The notes: a model not told the origin generated them from the letters alone. Positions 41,801 to 52,481 are shown, counted from the first letter of the stretch. The stretch is 64,000 nt of DNA from Candidatus Levyibacteriota bacterium (GCA_003152105.1 PLZJ01000003.1:70899-134898); one strand, 5' to 3'. Made by a program: numbers and translations.

Positions 41801-43585
41801 ACAATCGCATTTCTTTCTTTAGATGTACTGCTTGTAAAACATTTCTTTTCGCCAAAAATTGCAGGAGAATATGCACTCCTTTCATTAATTGGAAAAATGA
41901 TTTTCTACTTTAATTACTTTTTCAATACACTCCTTGTTCCATTAACTAGTCGCTATGAGGGTCTCTATGGCAGTTCTACAAAGTTGTTTCGAAACATGAT
42001 GTTTCTAAGTGTTCTTTCCTCAGGAAGTATATTTCTTTTTGTCGGGCCACTTGGCTTTTTATTCTTACCAATTCTTTTTGGAAGTAAAGCAGTTGTAATA
42101 TTACCGTACGTTGTTTTATATAGCCTTGGTATTTTCCTCTTTAATCTTTCAAACAAAATTGCGGTATATCACATGTCAAGACACGATCACGTTTTTCCAG
42201 TTTCTATGTCATTTGCATCGCTATTAATGCTTTTGGGTATTTGGACATTTCATCAAAGTATTTATCAAGTTGTGTGGGTAATACTTGGTATTAATATATT
42301 TACCTTTCTACTTCTTCTTTCACTGCACTTTTTACAAGAAAAAGTTAAGTTTGTCATTTCAAATACTGTTGACTTTTTAGAACTTCTGCAACCACTCAAA
42401 AGTAGACGATCAAAAACTAATGTTGAAAAAAATATCCTAATATTTAACTGGAAAGACATTCGTCATGTGCATGCAGGAGGATCTGAAGTATATGTGCATG
42501 AACTTGCAAAACGATGGGTAAAAGACGGCTATTCAGTTACACTTTTTTGCGGAAATGATGGCAATTCACAAAGAAGAGAAACAATAGATGGGATTGAAAT
42601 AATACGTCGAGGCGGCTTTTATATGGTATATCTTTGGGCATTTTTATACTATATGTTCCATTTTAGAGGGAAATACGAAACGATAATTGACTGCGAAAAC
42701 GGTATCCCATTTTTTACACCACTTTTTGCGTTTTCAGAAAAGAAATTCTTACTCATACACCACATACACAAAGACGTGTATAAGTTTAAATTAAAACCAC
42801 CACTTTCTTGGATTGGCATGTATTTAGAAATGAGCCTAATGCCAAAAGTATATAGAAAAGTAAAGTTTATTACGGTTTCTCCTTCAACAAAAGAAGAATT
42901 ACTTGCTGCAAAATTAACACATATTGATCCTGTTATTGTTTACAACGGAGTGGATATTCAAACGTATACACCTGGTAAAAAAAGTATCGTACCAACCGTA
43001 CTTTATTTAGGAAGATTAGAAAAATACAAAAGTATTCATATTTTAATTGAATCAATGGAACATATTGCAAAAAAAGTACCAGCAGTAAAATTTGTTATCG
43101 CTGGAGAAGGAACAGAAAAATTTAAATTAGAACAACACGTTAAAAGATTACCTTTTAAAGCAAATATAGAATTTTTAGGAAAAGTATCTGAAGAAGAAAA
43201 AGCAAGACTCTACCAAAAAGCGTGGGTATTTGTAAATCCTTCATTTAAAGAAGGGTGGGGAATTACTGTTATTGAAGCAAATGCTTGTGAGACGCCTGTT
43301 GTTGCTTCAAATATTTCTGGGCTTCGAGATTCAGTTATTCATTTACAAACTGGACTTTTGGTTCCATATGGCAATATCAAAGCACTTTCAGATTCAGTTT
43401 TAAGACTACTTATTGATGATTCGCTCCGAAATGAACTTGGTAAAAATGGCCGTGAATGGGCAAAACTTTTTGAATGGAGATTTAGTGCGCGAAAAACGTT
43501 AAATATTATAGAAGAACGTGAACTTGAACCAGAAAAACCAATAAGTCATTTTACGAAAAATATTAGCTTATCAAGCTCGATATAA
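38864..43585 (+). CDS. multidomain GT2 + processive GT2 + flippase-like + GT4 fusion
   Basis: IIVPTYNE/IDADL; TKPKALN, YDAED, TED, QRSRW; about 12-TM Wzx-like block; AGGSE, EGWG. Confidence 0.88.
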   Translation: MDRNISIIVPTYNEEGNIVPLLNRIHKAAKTAKLTYEVIVIDDNSKDKTLKKVKALKLSYPVTAPKKNGKPGKAYSLLQGFSLAKYDTICMIDADLQYPPEAIPLMFDQIQEGADIVVANRIKENAGLKRKIISNTFRFVFGRLLHGFSVDVQSGLKVFRKRVIEELSLSPTSAWTLDMELLVKARNAGFVISSFDTEFEQRHDGDAKINLTRATFEILKSALELKFQRTQVVPFTSEKEKETGKGFHHKGKQYIHYSNLPQEETAFFRLSTIQMLLICDLVLVLIFSLLVNWHLTLIIILAFLTLFYFIDLFFNLYLILQSLSKEISIGVTEEELATLKDKDLPMYTILCPLYKEWRVVPQFISAMNNLVYPKDKLQIMLLLEENDTKTIEKIKTYVLPDMFEIVIVPDSNPKTKPKALNYGLLVAKGDYTVIYDAEDMPDPLQLRKALIAFSKLPKKVICIQAKLNFYNPTHNILTKLFSAEYALWFDLVLPGLQSLNAPIPLGGTSNHFKTSVLRSLNGWDAFNVTEDCDLGIRLSKKGYQTAIIDSTTLEEANSNIFNWFNQRSRWIKGYIQTYFVHTRDLRTTIMSKDQKKVALFNIIVGGKIASMFINPLMWIITLSYFAFRPIVGPAIESFYPAPVLYMGVVCIVFGNFLYLYYYMLACAKRGQDNLIIYAFLVPVYWLTMSIASVKAVISIIYNPHYWAKTKHGLFLEEAESQTENEQMYEETLGYKQNWYAPSFVYQKAKNTWKSSTHLQMGTFFALSATLANFLNFFYNAFLGRVLSFDEFGTIALLSNFLLILGIFIESTSGTISQKIAYFSAKKRQDAALTFYNYVVMRIIILASSVAILWMVFAPLLALFFHTQGTLPIIVFTPVILMAMITAVNAGFLRGNMAFVSVGIITLIEGLVKLSSMFFFVFEKQQSLAYFAIPLGILSTFILTLILTTRQLVKQKPTTMKNTTHFPWKFFSSYLFIGASTIAFLSLDVLLVKHFFSPKIAGEYALLSLIGKMIFYFNYFFNTLLVPLTSRYEGLYGSSTKLFRNMMFLSVLSSGSIFLFVGPLGFLFLPILFGSKAVVILPYVVLYSLGIFLFNLSNKIAVYHMSRHDHVFPVSMSFASLLMLLGIWTFHQSIYQVVWVILGINIFTFLLLLSLHFLQEKVKFVISNTVDFLELLQPLKSRRSKTNVEKNILIFNWKDIRHVHAGGSEVYVHELAKRWVKDGYSVTLFCGNDGNSQRRETIDGIEIIRRGGFYMVYLWAFLYYMFHFRGKYETIIDCENGIPFFTPLFAFSEKKFLLIHHIHKDVYKFKLKPPLSWIGMYLEMSLMPKVYRKVKFITVSPSTKEELLAAKLTHIDPVIVYNGVDIQTYTPGKKSIVPTVLYLGRLEKYKSIHILIESMEHIAKKVPAVKFVIAGEGTEKFKLEQHVKRLPFKANIEFLGKVSEEEKARLYQKAWVFVNPSFKEGWGITVIEANACETPVVASNISGLRDSVIHLQTGLLVPYGNIKALSDSVLRLLIDDSLRNELGKNGREWAKLFEWRFSARKTLNIIEERELEPEKPISHFTKNISLSSSI

Positions 43586-43587
43586 GT

Positions 43588-44685
43588 ATGAATTTAAACA
43601 TTGTTTTCTTAGATTTTGACGATATAAAAAACCCATTGCTTAGTGCTGGCCAAGCGCATGCAACGGTTGAAGTAGGCAAACGTCTCGCAAAAAAAGGACA
43701 TACCATCTCTGTCTTGTCATCCAAATATCCAGGCTATAAAGACAGAAAAGAAAATGGATTACAGTATAAACACATTGGTCTTGGATCGGGGAATATTAAA
43801 TTAAATAATCTTATCTATATTGTTGTACTTCCGTTTTATGTAAAAAGCATAAAAGCAGATATTATCATAGAATGTTTTACTGCTCCTATTTCAACAATGT
43901 TTTCCCCTTTATTTACTAAAATTCCTGTTGTTGGTCTACCGACTTCATTTGAAGCAGCCAGATTTTCAAAGCTTTATCACTTGCCATTTGATGTAATTGA
44001 AAAATTTGGTTTAAAGCATTATCGATATGTCATGCCCTATACAAATGACATGAAAAAGGAGATGCTCAAAGTCAATCCTGCATTAAAAACAAAAGTAGTT
44101 GGTCAGGGGGTAGATGCACTCTATACAAAAATTAAAAAGAAAACTCCCAAATATATTCTCTATCTTGGAAGATATGATATTTCTCAAAAAGGATTAGATT
44201 TACTTCTTAAAGCTTATGCTTTGACAGATCCTAAAAACACGCTTCCACTGGCTTTTTATGGACATGGTTCAGATGAAAATACGCTTCGTGAAACAATAAC
44301 TAACCTAAAGCTTTCTAGTCGCGTCTCTGTACACAAAGGAGCATATGATAAGAAAAAAGAAGAAGTACTTTCTCATGCCTCAAGTGTTGCATTTCCATCT
44401 CGTCATGAAGGATTTTCGCTGTTCTCGCTTGAAGCGTTAGCAAGTGGCCTTCCACTTATATCATTTGCGATATCAGGGCTTTCTTGGACAAATAATAAGG
44501 TCAATTTAAAAGCAAAACCATTTAATATAAAAGAGTATGCAAATCTACTTACTCTTGGCTCAAATATAAAAAAAGTGAATGAAATGGGTAAAAATGCGAG
44601 AGAATTTGCAAAACACTATAGTTGGGATAGTGTCGCATCTCAATTTGAATCGTTTTTTACTGACATTGTAAGTGGCGCTATATGA
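43588..44685 (+). CDS. GT4 glycosyltransferase
   Basis: YLGR...KGLD, PSRHEGFSLFSLEALASG. Confidence 0.9.
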   Translation: MNLNIVFLDFDDIKNPLLSAGQAHATVEVGKRLAKKGHTISVLSSKYPGYKDRKENGLQYKHIGLGSGNIKLNNLIYIVVLPFYVKSIKADIIIECFTAPISTMFSPLFTKIPVVGLPTSFEAARFSKLYHLPFDVIEKFGLKHYRYVMPYTNDMKKEMLKVNPALKTKVVGQGVDALYTKIKKKTPKYILYLGRYDISQKGLDLLLKAYALTDPKNTLPLAFYGHGSDENTLRETITNLKLSSRVSVHKGAYDKKKEEVLSHASSVAFPSRHEGFSLFSLEALASGLPLISFAISGLSWTNNKVNLKAKPFNIKEYANLLTLGSNIKKVNEMGKNAREFAKHYSWDSVASQFESFFTDIVSGAI

Positions 44686-44825
44686 AAAAACTATTTTTTA
44701 TTACAAGTCTATTAGCAACCATATATTTAGGTAAAAATCTATCGAAAAGATATGGCTTATTAATTGCTCAAAAGCAAGATTTAAAGGCTAAATTTACTAG
44801 GAATAGGAAAGGAGATGTGGTATAA
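44682..44825 (+). CDS. putative 47-aa protein
   Basis: ATGA overlap with the GT4 stop; MKKLFFITSLLATIYLG... Confidence 0.4.
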   Translation: MKKLFFITSLLATIYLGKNLSKRYGLLIAQKQDLKAKFTRNRKGDVV

Positions 44826-44834
44826 TACCTATAT

Positions 44835-46898
44835 ATGAAAGTTAATTTCTATAAGCCATTAATAACGGGGAATGAGCTCACATATATTGCTGATATTATT
44901 GAAAATAATAAGGCAATGCTTGGTGATGGGGAGTATACACATAAAGCACAAGCATTCTTAGCAAAAAGATATAAAATAAATAAAGTACTGCTAACTACCT
45001 CTGGTACTACAGCTTTAGAACTTGCACTTCGACTTTGTAATTTAAAACCAGGAGACGAAGTCATCGCACCTTCATTTACATTTTCTTCCTCAATAAACGC
45101 AGTACTACTCCTCCATGAAGTAAAAGTAGTATTTGCTGACATTGATAAAAAAACACTCAATATTGATCCAAAAGACGTAAAACGAAAAATCACTAAAAAA
45201 ACGAAAGCAATAATGGTCGTACACTACGCTGGGGTCGCAACTGATATGGATGCGATCATGCAGATTGCCAAAAAGCGCAAGATAAAAGTTATTGAAGATG
45301 CAGCTCAAGGTATAGAAGCAAAATGGAAAAATAAATATCTTGGCACAATAGGAGACTTTGGATGTATGTCTTTTCATGCTACGAAAAACATAACAATGGG
45401 AGAGGGGGGAGCGCTTTTTATAAATACGAAAAACAAACAAATACTTGAACAAGCAGAAGTACTTCGAGAAAAAGGAACAAACAGACATAAATTCTTGCGC
45501 GGAGAAGTTGATAAATATACATGGGTATCAATTGGATCAAGCTATTTGCCTTCAGACCTTCTTAGTGCATTTCTGTTTGCACAACTTGAGCAAATTGAGT
45601 CAATTACAAAACAAAGACTTAGTGTTTATAATTATTACTATAATAGTTTGTATCAGTACGAAGAGGAAGGCTTAATACAGCTTCCTAAAATTCCATCCTA
45701 TGCAACGCATAATGGCCACGTATTTTTTATACTATGTAAAAACACAAAAGACAGAGATGAGGTAATAACATATCTTAGAAAAAATGGCATTACGGCTCCG
45801 TTTCATTACATACCACTGCATTCTTCTCCTCAAGGAAAAAAATTAGGGTATAAAGCATCAGATTTACCTATTACAGAAAAGGCAAGCGAGACGCTCCTCA
45901 GACTTCCTATGTATTCAGGAATGCCTACAGAAGAACAAGATTATGTCGTACATCACGTAAAAACAATTTTAGACAAACTATATCACGTAACTAAGCCAAC
46001 AGTAACAATTGGCATTCCAGCTTATAATGAAAGCGCCAACATAAAACATCTACTTACGCAAATAACAAAGCAGAAACAACTTACCTTTACTCTTGAAAAA
46101 ATTATTGTTGTTTCAGACGCAAGTTCGGATGACACTGTTAAAAAAGCAAGTAGTTTGCCTGACAAAAGAATTAAAGTTATTGATCACAAAACAAGAACTG
46201 GCCAAAATAAAATACAAAATGAAATTTTCAGTTTATCTAAATCTGCTATTTGTATTATTTTAGAAGCAGACACCAGAATTCCTAACACCAACTATATAGC
46301 AACACTTATTGCCCCTATGACAAAAAATAAAGATGTGTCCCTTGTACAAGGAAATCCAGTACCTCTTCCTGCGAAAACATTTATAGGAAGTACACTTTCA
46401 CTTCATTCTCAAATATTTCATGCCTCATCTGCAAATAAACCAGAAATTGCAGAATGGATTGCAAATGGTAGAGGAGGAAGAGCATTCGCAAAAAAGCTTT
46501 ATACAAAACTTCGATGGCCACAAAATGTATCAGAAGATGATTATGGTTTGCTTTGGAGTAAAACTAACGGTTTCACAACTGTTTTTGAAAAAAACGCAAA
46601 GTCATATTATAAATGCTCAGAAACACTTTCAGACTACTTGTTAGAAATTAAAAAAGCAAAATCTATTGGCGGCATGATAGAAACATATTTTGCTCCAACA
46701 TTGACAGAAAATGTATTTTCTAGGCCTAGAAATATGAGACTAAAAATGGGAGCAACATTTCTTATTAAAAATCCGCTGTATTTTGCCTCATATATTGGAG
46801 TTAAGCTATATGCAAATAGTAATGTTAAAAAAATGAAATTTACTGATTTTTGGCCACAAATTAGTTCAACAAAAATTCTTAAAAACTATGAAAAATAA
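44835..46898 (+). CDS. WecE/RffA-like sugar aminotransferase fused to GT2
   Basis: EDAAQG, SFHATKN, GEGG, REKGTNR, FHYIPLH, then IGIPAYNE. Confidence 0.88.
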   Translation: MKVNFYKPLITGNELTYIADIIENNKAMLGDGEYTHKAQAFLAKRYKINKVLLTTSGTTALELALRLCNLKPGDEVIAPSFTFSSSINAVLLLHEVKVVFADIDKKTLNIDPKDVKRKITKKTKAIMVVHYAGVATDMDAIMQIAKKRKIKVIEDAAQGIEAKWKNKYLGTIGDFGCMSFHATKNITMGEGGALFINTKNKQILEQAEVLREKGTNRHKFLRGEVDKYTWVSIGSSYLPSDLLSAFLFAQLEQIESITKQRLSVYNYYYNSLYQYEEEGLIQLPKIPSYATHNGHVFFILCKNTKDRDEVITYLRKNGITAPFHYIPLHSSPQGKKLGYKASDLPITEKASETLLRLPMYSGMPTEEQDYVVHHVKTILDKLYHVTKPTVTIGIPAYNESANIKHLLTQITKQKQLTFTLEKIIVVSDASSDDTVKKASSLPDKRIKVIDHKTRTGQNKIQNEIFSLSKSAICIILEADTRIPNTNYIATLIAPMTKNKDVSLVQGNPVPLPAKTFIGSTLSLHSQIFHASSANKPEIAEWIANGRGGRAFAKKLYTKLRWPQNVSEDDYGLLWSKTNGFTTVFEKNAKSYYKCSETLSDYLLEIKKAKSIGGMIETYFAPTLTENVFSRPRNMRLKMGATFLIKNPLYFASYIGVKLYANSNVKKMKFTDFWPQISSTKILKNYEK

Positions 46899-47847
46899 TA
46901 CCACAACAAAAAGTATGAAAAATACCAAACAAAAACACGTGTTAAAAACGCTTTCAATTGGGATTCCTGCACATAATGAAGAAGCAACACTTCCTTCATT
47001 AATCAGCTCAATTGCACAACAAAAACATACCTTGTTTACACTTGAAAATGTCTATATCTTAAATGATGCAAGTACTGACAATACTGTAGAACTTGCTAAT
47101 TCACTTTCTAAAAAATACCCATTTGTGCATCTTGTAAATGATGGACAACGACTTGGAAAAGCAGCAAGACTTAACGCATTATATAAAGCAAATAAAAGTG
47201 ATATTTTAGTTTGTTTTGACGGAGATATACAACTTACCTCAAATAGGGTTCTTGAAGAAATGGTTAAAGCACTTGATGACAAAGATGTTGCACTTGCTAC
47301 CACAAACAAACTTCCTCATACACCAATAAATTTTTTTGAAAAACTTATATATACCTTAGATATGCTTTGGTATGATATTAGACTTACACTAAATGGAGGA
47401 GATAATGTATATAATGTTGCAGCTTCAGGAATTGGCATTAATGGAACATTTGCAAAAACACTCAAGTTGCCAGCAGGAACTAGTTTTGATGCAGAAATAC
47501 TTTTTATCAGCGCACTACGAAAATATAAAAAAACAGTATTTTTAAAAGATGTTCCAATATATTTCCACCTTCCAGCAAACCTTGCTGATTACATATCACA
47601 ATCAAGTCGCGTCGCAAGTCCAGAAACAAGAAAAATCATAAATAGCGCAAACGAAATTTATGTAGTACCAAACTCGCTTAAAATAAAAGCAATAATTAAA
47701 TCATTTGCAAAACATCCAATATTAACACCTCTTTCTTTTGCTCTCTTATATTACGTAAGACGAATGAAAAAGAAACATGGAAAAGTTTCAAAAACCCCTT
47801 ATTGGGATACTGCAGCTTCTACAAAAAGAGCTTTTACCGCTCAGTAA
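46888..47847 (+). CDS. GT2 glycosyltransferase
   Basis: IGIPAHNE, DASTD, GKAARLN, FDGD. Confidence 0.88.
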   Translation: MKNNTTTKSMKNTKQKHVLKTLSIGIPAHNEEATLPSLISSIAQQKHTLFTLENVYILNDASTDNTVELANSLSKKYPFVHLVNDGQRLGKAARLNALYKANKSDILVCFDGDIQLTSNRVLEEMVKALDDKDVALATTNKLPHTPINFFEKLIYTLDMLWYDIRLTLNGGDNVYNVAASGIGINGTFAKTLKLPAGTSFDAEILFISALRKYKKTVFLKDVPIYFHLPANLADYISQSSRVASPETRKIINSANEIYVVPNSLKIKAIIKSFAKHPILTPLSFALLYYVRRMKKKHGKVSKTPYWDTAASTKRAFTAQ

Positions 47848-47860
47848 TAATATTATCATT

Positions 47861-49411
47861 ATGAATTTATTTAAGCATTTTTCTTTTACCATACTACCTT
47901 ACTTATGTATCATACTAATTGGTCTTATCCTATATACGGCAACTATAAAAGGAGCAGTAGGAAATCCCAATGGACAAATACATCAACTTGGACTAGATCA
48001 ATCTGGTAAAGCTTTTGAACTGTCACCTGAGCGAGATCGTTATCTCTTAACATATGCCATGGCAACTACTGGGACAACGTCAATTCCAAAAGCAGTTGCT
48101 GATGCTAATTATTCTGATATTGGGTATTACGAGGGTAAATTCTATATTCTTTTCGCTCCAGGTATTTCAGTACTTGCGCTGCCTTTTTATCTGATTGGTG
48201 CACATTTTAATGTAGCACAAGTAGGAACATTTGCTGTTATTCCTCTTTTTACTATTTTAAGTCTTTTATTTTTATATAAAATTTCAAGAAAGGTATTCAA
48301 ATTACCGGTATGGTCTTCACTTATAGCACCACTTATTTTTGGATTTTCATCAACCTCCTGGAGCTATGCAACAACGCTTTATCAACATCAAGTAACAACA
48401 TTTTTGATCGTCTCTTCTTTTTATGCAGTGTATTTGTATAGACAAAAATATAAAAATGGATGGCTTCTTTCCTCGTATGTTTGGTTAGCTTTTGGTGTAG
48501 CCTGTTCAATTGATTATCCAAATCTTTTGCTTATGGGACCAGTTGTAATCTATTTACTTATCTCACAATTTTCAATTAAAAAAGTAAGAAATTCATTATC
48601 TTTTTCATTCCAAAAAACACTTTTTACTGTAATCTTTTTCTTAGCAATAGTGCTCGTTAATGCATGGTATAACCAAACACATTTTGGCAGTTGGAAACGG
48701 GTAAGCGGTGATTTAGTAAATTATAAAACTATACTTGAACAGCATTTATTAACAAGTAAAAAAGGGACAGCAAAACTTGCAACAATCGCGAAAAACAAAA
48801 GTGATACTGTTTCATTTTTCTCAGAAGATAATATTCCCTTTAGCTTTTATACCTTAACAACTAGCTTAGACAGGGGACTACTATTATATAGCCCAATCTT
48901 TGTCATTGCGTTTTTGGGCATATTAGCAATGCTTTCAGATCTCTCAACTGAAACTATAATATTATTTGGACTTATTGGCATAGATGTCTTTTTATACAGT
49001 AGTTGGGGAGATCCATGGGGAGGATGGGCATTTGGACCACGATATCTTATCCCTGCAATGGCAATACTTTCCTTATTTGCGGCAAAATGGGTAACTCTTG
49101 CAAAACACAATTTGATCCGAAGAATAATTACTTTTATACTTATGACTTACTCAATTGCTATTGCGCTTCTTGGGGTACTCACCTCAAATGCAATTCCTCC
49201 AAAAGTAGAAGCAGATTATTTGCATACTGGCTATAACTTTTTACAAAATGAAAAATACTTATTTCATAATCAAAGTAGTAGCTTTTTCTACAACACATTT
49301 TTACATCAAAGCGTAACTCTACCAATGTATTTTGCCTATATCTACATAGGCCTTCTTGTTATAACAGTAACTGTTTTATTCGTATTACCAATTTTTACAA
49401 AACATGAATAA
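47861..49411 (+). CDS. GT-C-like multi-pass membrane glycosyltransferase
   Basis: RGLLLYSP, WGGWAFGPRYLIP. Confidence 0.7.
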   Translation: MNLFKHFSFTILPYLCIILIGLILYTATIKGAVGNPNGQIHQLGLDQSGKAFELSPERDRYLLTYAMATTGTTSIPKAVADANYSDIGYYEGKFYILFAPGISVLALPFYLIGAHFNVAQVGTFAVIPLFTILSLLFLYKISRKVFKLPVWSSLIAPLIFGFSSTSWSYATTLYQHQVTTFLIVSSFYAVYLYRQKYKNGWLLSSYVWLAFGVACSIDYPNLLLMGPVVIYLLISQFSIKKVRNSLSFSFQKTLFTVIFFLAIVLVNAWYNQTHFGSWKRVSGDLVNYKTILEQHLLTSKKGTAKLATIAKNKSDTVSFFSEDNIPFSFYTLTTSLDRGLLLYSPIFVIAFLGILAMLSDLSTETIILFGLIGIDVFLYSSWGDPWGGWAFGPRYLIPAMAILSLFAAKWVTLAKHNLIRRIITFILMTYSIAIALLGVLTSNAIPPKVEADYLHTGYNFLQNEKYLFHNQSSSFFYNTFLHQSVTLPMYFAYIYIGLLVITVTVLFVLPIFTKHE

Positions 49412-50990
49412 TATAACAATCTCATTACCAAAAATACCTTTTGTCGAAAACGTACTAACGAAACTCGAATTTGAAAAAATAATCGTTATACTTTCGTCAT
49501 TAATTTCACTGGCTTCAATAATCTATTACACTTTGCAAAATGAAATTCTCTCTTATGGAGATGCAGAATCACACATAAACATTGCAAAACGTGTTGTCGA
49601 CTCGTTGACGCCTGGTTTTGCACAACTTGGGGGCGTGTGGCTTCCATTACCACATTTACTTATGGTTCCTCTTGTTTGGTTTGATCCATTATGGAGAAGC
49701 GGACTTGGTGGATCAATAATTTCTGGTATTGCGTTTGTCGTATCCTGTTTATTTTTATATAAATTAACACTCTTTATTACAAAAAATAAAAACGCTTCCT
49801 TTTTTGCATTTCTAGTTTTTGCAACAAATCCAAATATACTCTATATGCAATCAACGCCAATGTCAGAACTAGTACTGCTTGTTTTCTTTTTATTGTCAAC
49901 GTATTATTTTATGAAATATATACAAAGCAAAGATTCAGTTTTCTACCTTGTCATTGCAGCATTCTTTGGTTTCTGTGCAGCGTTATCTCGATATGACGGA
50001 TGGTCACTTGTTTTATTTGAAGCGTTTTTACTTATCGTTTATCTTATTTCTAAAAAGGCATCATTTAGCAAAATACAGGGAAGAGTTATTATGTTTTCAA
50101 CACTCGCATTCTTTGCCATCGCTCTTTGGCTTGGATGGTGTTATTTAATTTTAGGTAATGCATTTTACTTTAGTACAAGCATCTATTCTGCGTCATCCCA
50201 ACAACATAACTGGTTAGGTAGAGGAGAACTTCCTGCGTATCATAATATCTTTGTTTCATTCCTTTATTACTTTGTCACTTCAATGGAAATAACTGGCGTA
50301 TTACTTTTTTTAACAACGGTAATTGCTATATTTCTCTTTATAAGAAATAAGGAAAAGAGAATACTTTTCTATGTATTATCACTTCTTTTTGTTCCGTTTT
50401 TATTCAACTGGGCAACACTCTTTTTAGGTGAATCTGTTATTTTCATACAATCATTAACGCCCATTTCTTTTGAATGGAGACTTTTCAATGTCAGATATGG
50501 ACTCATGATGATGCCTTATGTTGCGTTTATCTTAGGATATCTCTATTTCAAAGCAAACGCCAAGGGTAAAGCATTTCTTGTTGGGTTAACCATTTTTCAA
50601 CTCGCACTTTTCTTTGTAGGATATCAAAAAGTATTAACACTCTCTGATGCAACGGTCGGCCTTTCAGCATCTAGAAATCCAGATGCACAACTTTGGCTTA
50701 CAAAACATTACACAAAAGGACTTGTGCTACTTGATGATTATGCAAGAACAGTAAGTATTATAAAAAGTGGTATTCCAATGCAAGAAGTTATAAACGTTGG
50801 TACAAAACCATATTATACTGACTCTTTTATTACTCCTGAGAAATATGCAACATGGATCATATTACAGAGAAATGATGATGTATGGAACCACTTATACGAA
50901 ACACAACAAGAACAAAATCTTCTTTACACTTATTTTAATAAGGTATATACATCAAAAGAAATTTTGATATTTAAACGAATTGGCAGTTAA
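49404..50990 (+). CDS. ArnT/PMT-like (GT-C) glycosyltransferase
   Basis: YGDAESH, VWLPLPH, PMSE, RYDGW. Confidence 0.75.
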   Translation: MNNITISLPKIPFVENVLTKLEFEKIIVILSSLISLASIIYYTLQNEILSYGDAESHINIAKRVVDSLTPGFAQLGGVWLPLPHLLMVPLVWFDPLWRSGLGGSIISGIAFVVSCLFLYKLTLFITKNKNASFFAFLVFATNPNILYMQSTPMSELVLLVFFLLSTYYFMKYIQSKDSVFYLVIAAFFGFCAALSRYDGWSLVLFEAFLLIVYLISKKASFSKIQGRVIMFSTLAFFAIALWLGWCYLILGNAFYFSTSIYSASSQQHNWLGRGELPAYHNIFVSFLYYFVTSMEITGVLLFLTTVIAIFLFIRNKEKRILFYVLSLLFVPFLFNWATLFLGESVIFIQSLTPISFEWRLFNVRYGLMMMPYVAFILGYLYFKANAKGKAFLVGLTIFQLALFFVGYQKVLTLSDATVGLSASRNPDAQLWLTKHYTKGLVLLDDYARTVSIIKSGIPMQEVINVGTKPYYTDSFITPEKYATWIILQRNDDVWNHLYETQQEQNLLYTYFNKVYTSKEILIFKRIGS

Positions 50991-51027
50991 TATAACTACT
51001 AGATATAATAAAGAGAGAACATGACTT

Positions 51028-52311
51028 ATGAAACTAACACATTTTCTAACGACTAAGTTTTTTCTTCTTACCTTGCTTACGCTATTTCTTTTTTGTGTTG
51101 GTGTTTTTGGAACAAACCTAGTACTTGGTACAGCAAAACCAACTAATGCTACATTTTGGAATTATCAATGTATTGATACAATGAAATCTTCTCGAGACAT
51201 GGCAAGATCAATGATGGGAAGCACAGGTGCGCAAAATCAAATAACAACACAGATAGTTGCCATTAAAAATCTTGGAGCAAACTGTGTCGCCATAGATACA
51301 CCATATGATTCAGAATTTTTACCAATACTTACTCTTTGGGTTACTACGGCAAGACAATATAACTTGCATATTTGGTTCAGAGGAAACTTTTCTTCCTGGG
51401 AAGGATGGTTTGATTATCCTACAAATATGACAACTCTTCAAAACTTACAAGACACGAAATCCTTTATCTTACGTAACCCACAACTGTTTCAAGATGGAGA
51501 TATTTTTACTGAAGCACCAGAAGCAGAAAATGGGGGACCATTTTTAAATAAAGAATCTTCTTCTATTGCGCCATATCGTCAGTTTTTAATTGATGAATAT
51601 CAAAACGAGAATGATGCGTTTTCTCAAATTCATAAATCAATAGTTACAAATTGGTTTTCAATGAGTGGGGGATGGGCAAAAGCAGTACTTGATAAACCAA
51701 CGATAGATGCAATCGGCGACAACGTAACCATAGATCACTATGTTAAATCACCAAGTGAAATGTGTGACTATATTTCATATTTCAACAATACCTTCCATAG
51801 TAAAGTAACGCTTGGAGAATTTGGTGCCCCAATACCAGATATTAATGGAGACATGACAGATGCGCAGCAAGCTGATTTTGTTTCCAAATTATTTACATGT
51901 TTATATCATGACAAGAATGATATTTCTGGAATTAATTATTGGGATATTATGTATGGCTCAACAGCCCTGCTTTCAGATAATGGTGCTGCAAAACCAGTTG
52001 ATCAGGTTATTAAAAATTACTATCTGCCTTATGTGGTAAACGGGAAAGTTAATAATGTTTTGGGTGAAGGAATTGCAAATGCTACGGTTACCTCACAGGA
52101 CGGATTAAATAGTACACAAACAAATCAAAATGGAGATTTTGAATTGCCAGTTGCTAGAAACACACAAAGCATATCTGTTACTTCGCCAAATTACTTTAAC
52201 CAAGAAGCAAGCGTAATAAGTAATAATGCAGCGCCAATGCAAATAACGATGAAACGTCAAACAAATGACTTTTGGTATAATTTAGACCAATTTTTTCATC
52301 ATCTTTTTTAA
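51028..52311 (+). CDS. secreted glycoside hydrolase-like protein with a C-terminal carboxypeptidase-regulatory-like domain
   Basis: CIDTMK, WFRG, PEAE, LGEFG; GKV...GIANATV...TNQNGDF. Confidence 0.65.
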   Translation: MKLTHFLTTKFFLLTLLTLFLFCVGVFGTNLVLGTAKPTNATFWNYQCIDTMKSSRDMARSMMGSTGAQNQITTQIVAIKNLGANCVAIDTPYDSEFLPILTLWVTTARQYNLHIWFRGNFSSWEGWFDYPTNMTTLQNLQDTKSFILRNPQLFQDGDIFTEAPEAENGGPFLNKESSSIAPYRQFLIDEYQNENDAFSQIHKSIVTNWFSMSGGWAKAVLDKPTIDAIGDNVTIDHYVKSPSEMCDYISYFNNTFHSKVTLGEFGAPIPDINGDMTDAQQADFVSKLFTCLYHDKNDISGINYWDIMYGSTALLSDNGAAKPVDQVIKNYYLPYVVNGKVNNVLGEGIANATVTSQDGLNSTQTNQNGDFELPVARNTQSISVTSPNYFNQEASVISNNAAPMQITMKRQTNDFWYNLDQFFHHLF

Positions 52312-52481
52312 ACAAAACTACTTCTTTCTTAATTCTTACATAAGTTTCATATTTTTCTCATAGTAAAAATCTACTATATATACATGAGTAAGCAACAGGA
52401 GGAAAGAATAGAAAGAGTAGAATTAAAAAAGTATATTGCGATAAAAAGACACAAAGCAATAAGAAGGGAGGTGAGGAAAGC

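Noticed and set aside
19720..44685. Genetic code 25 (TGA as Gly)
   Set aside because: Recognisable genes end cleanly at TGA (21995, 44685), and long ORFs are intact under code 11.
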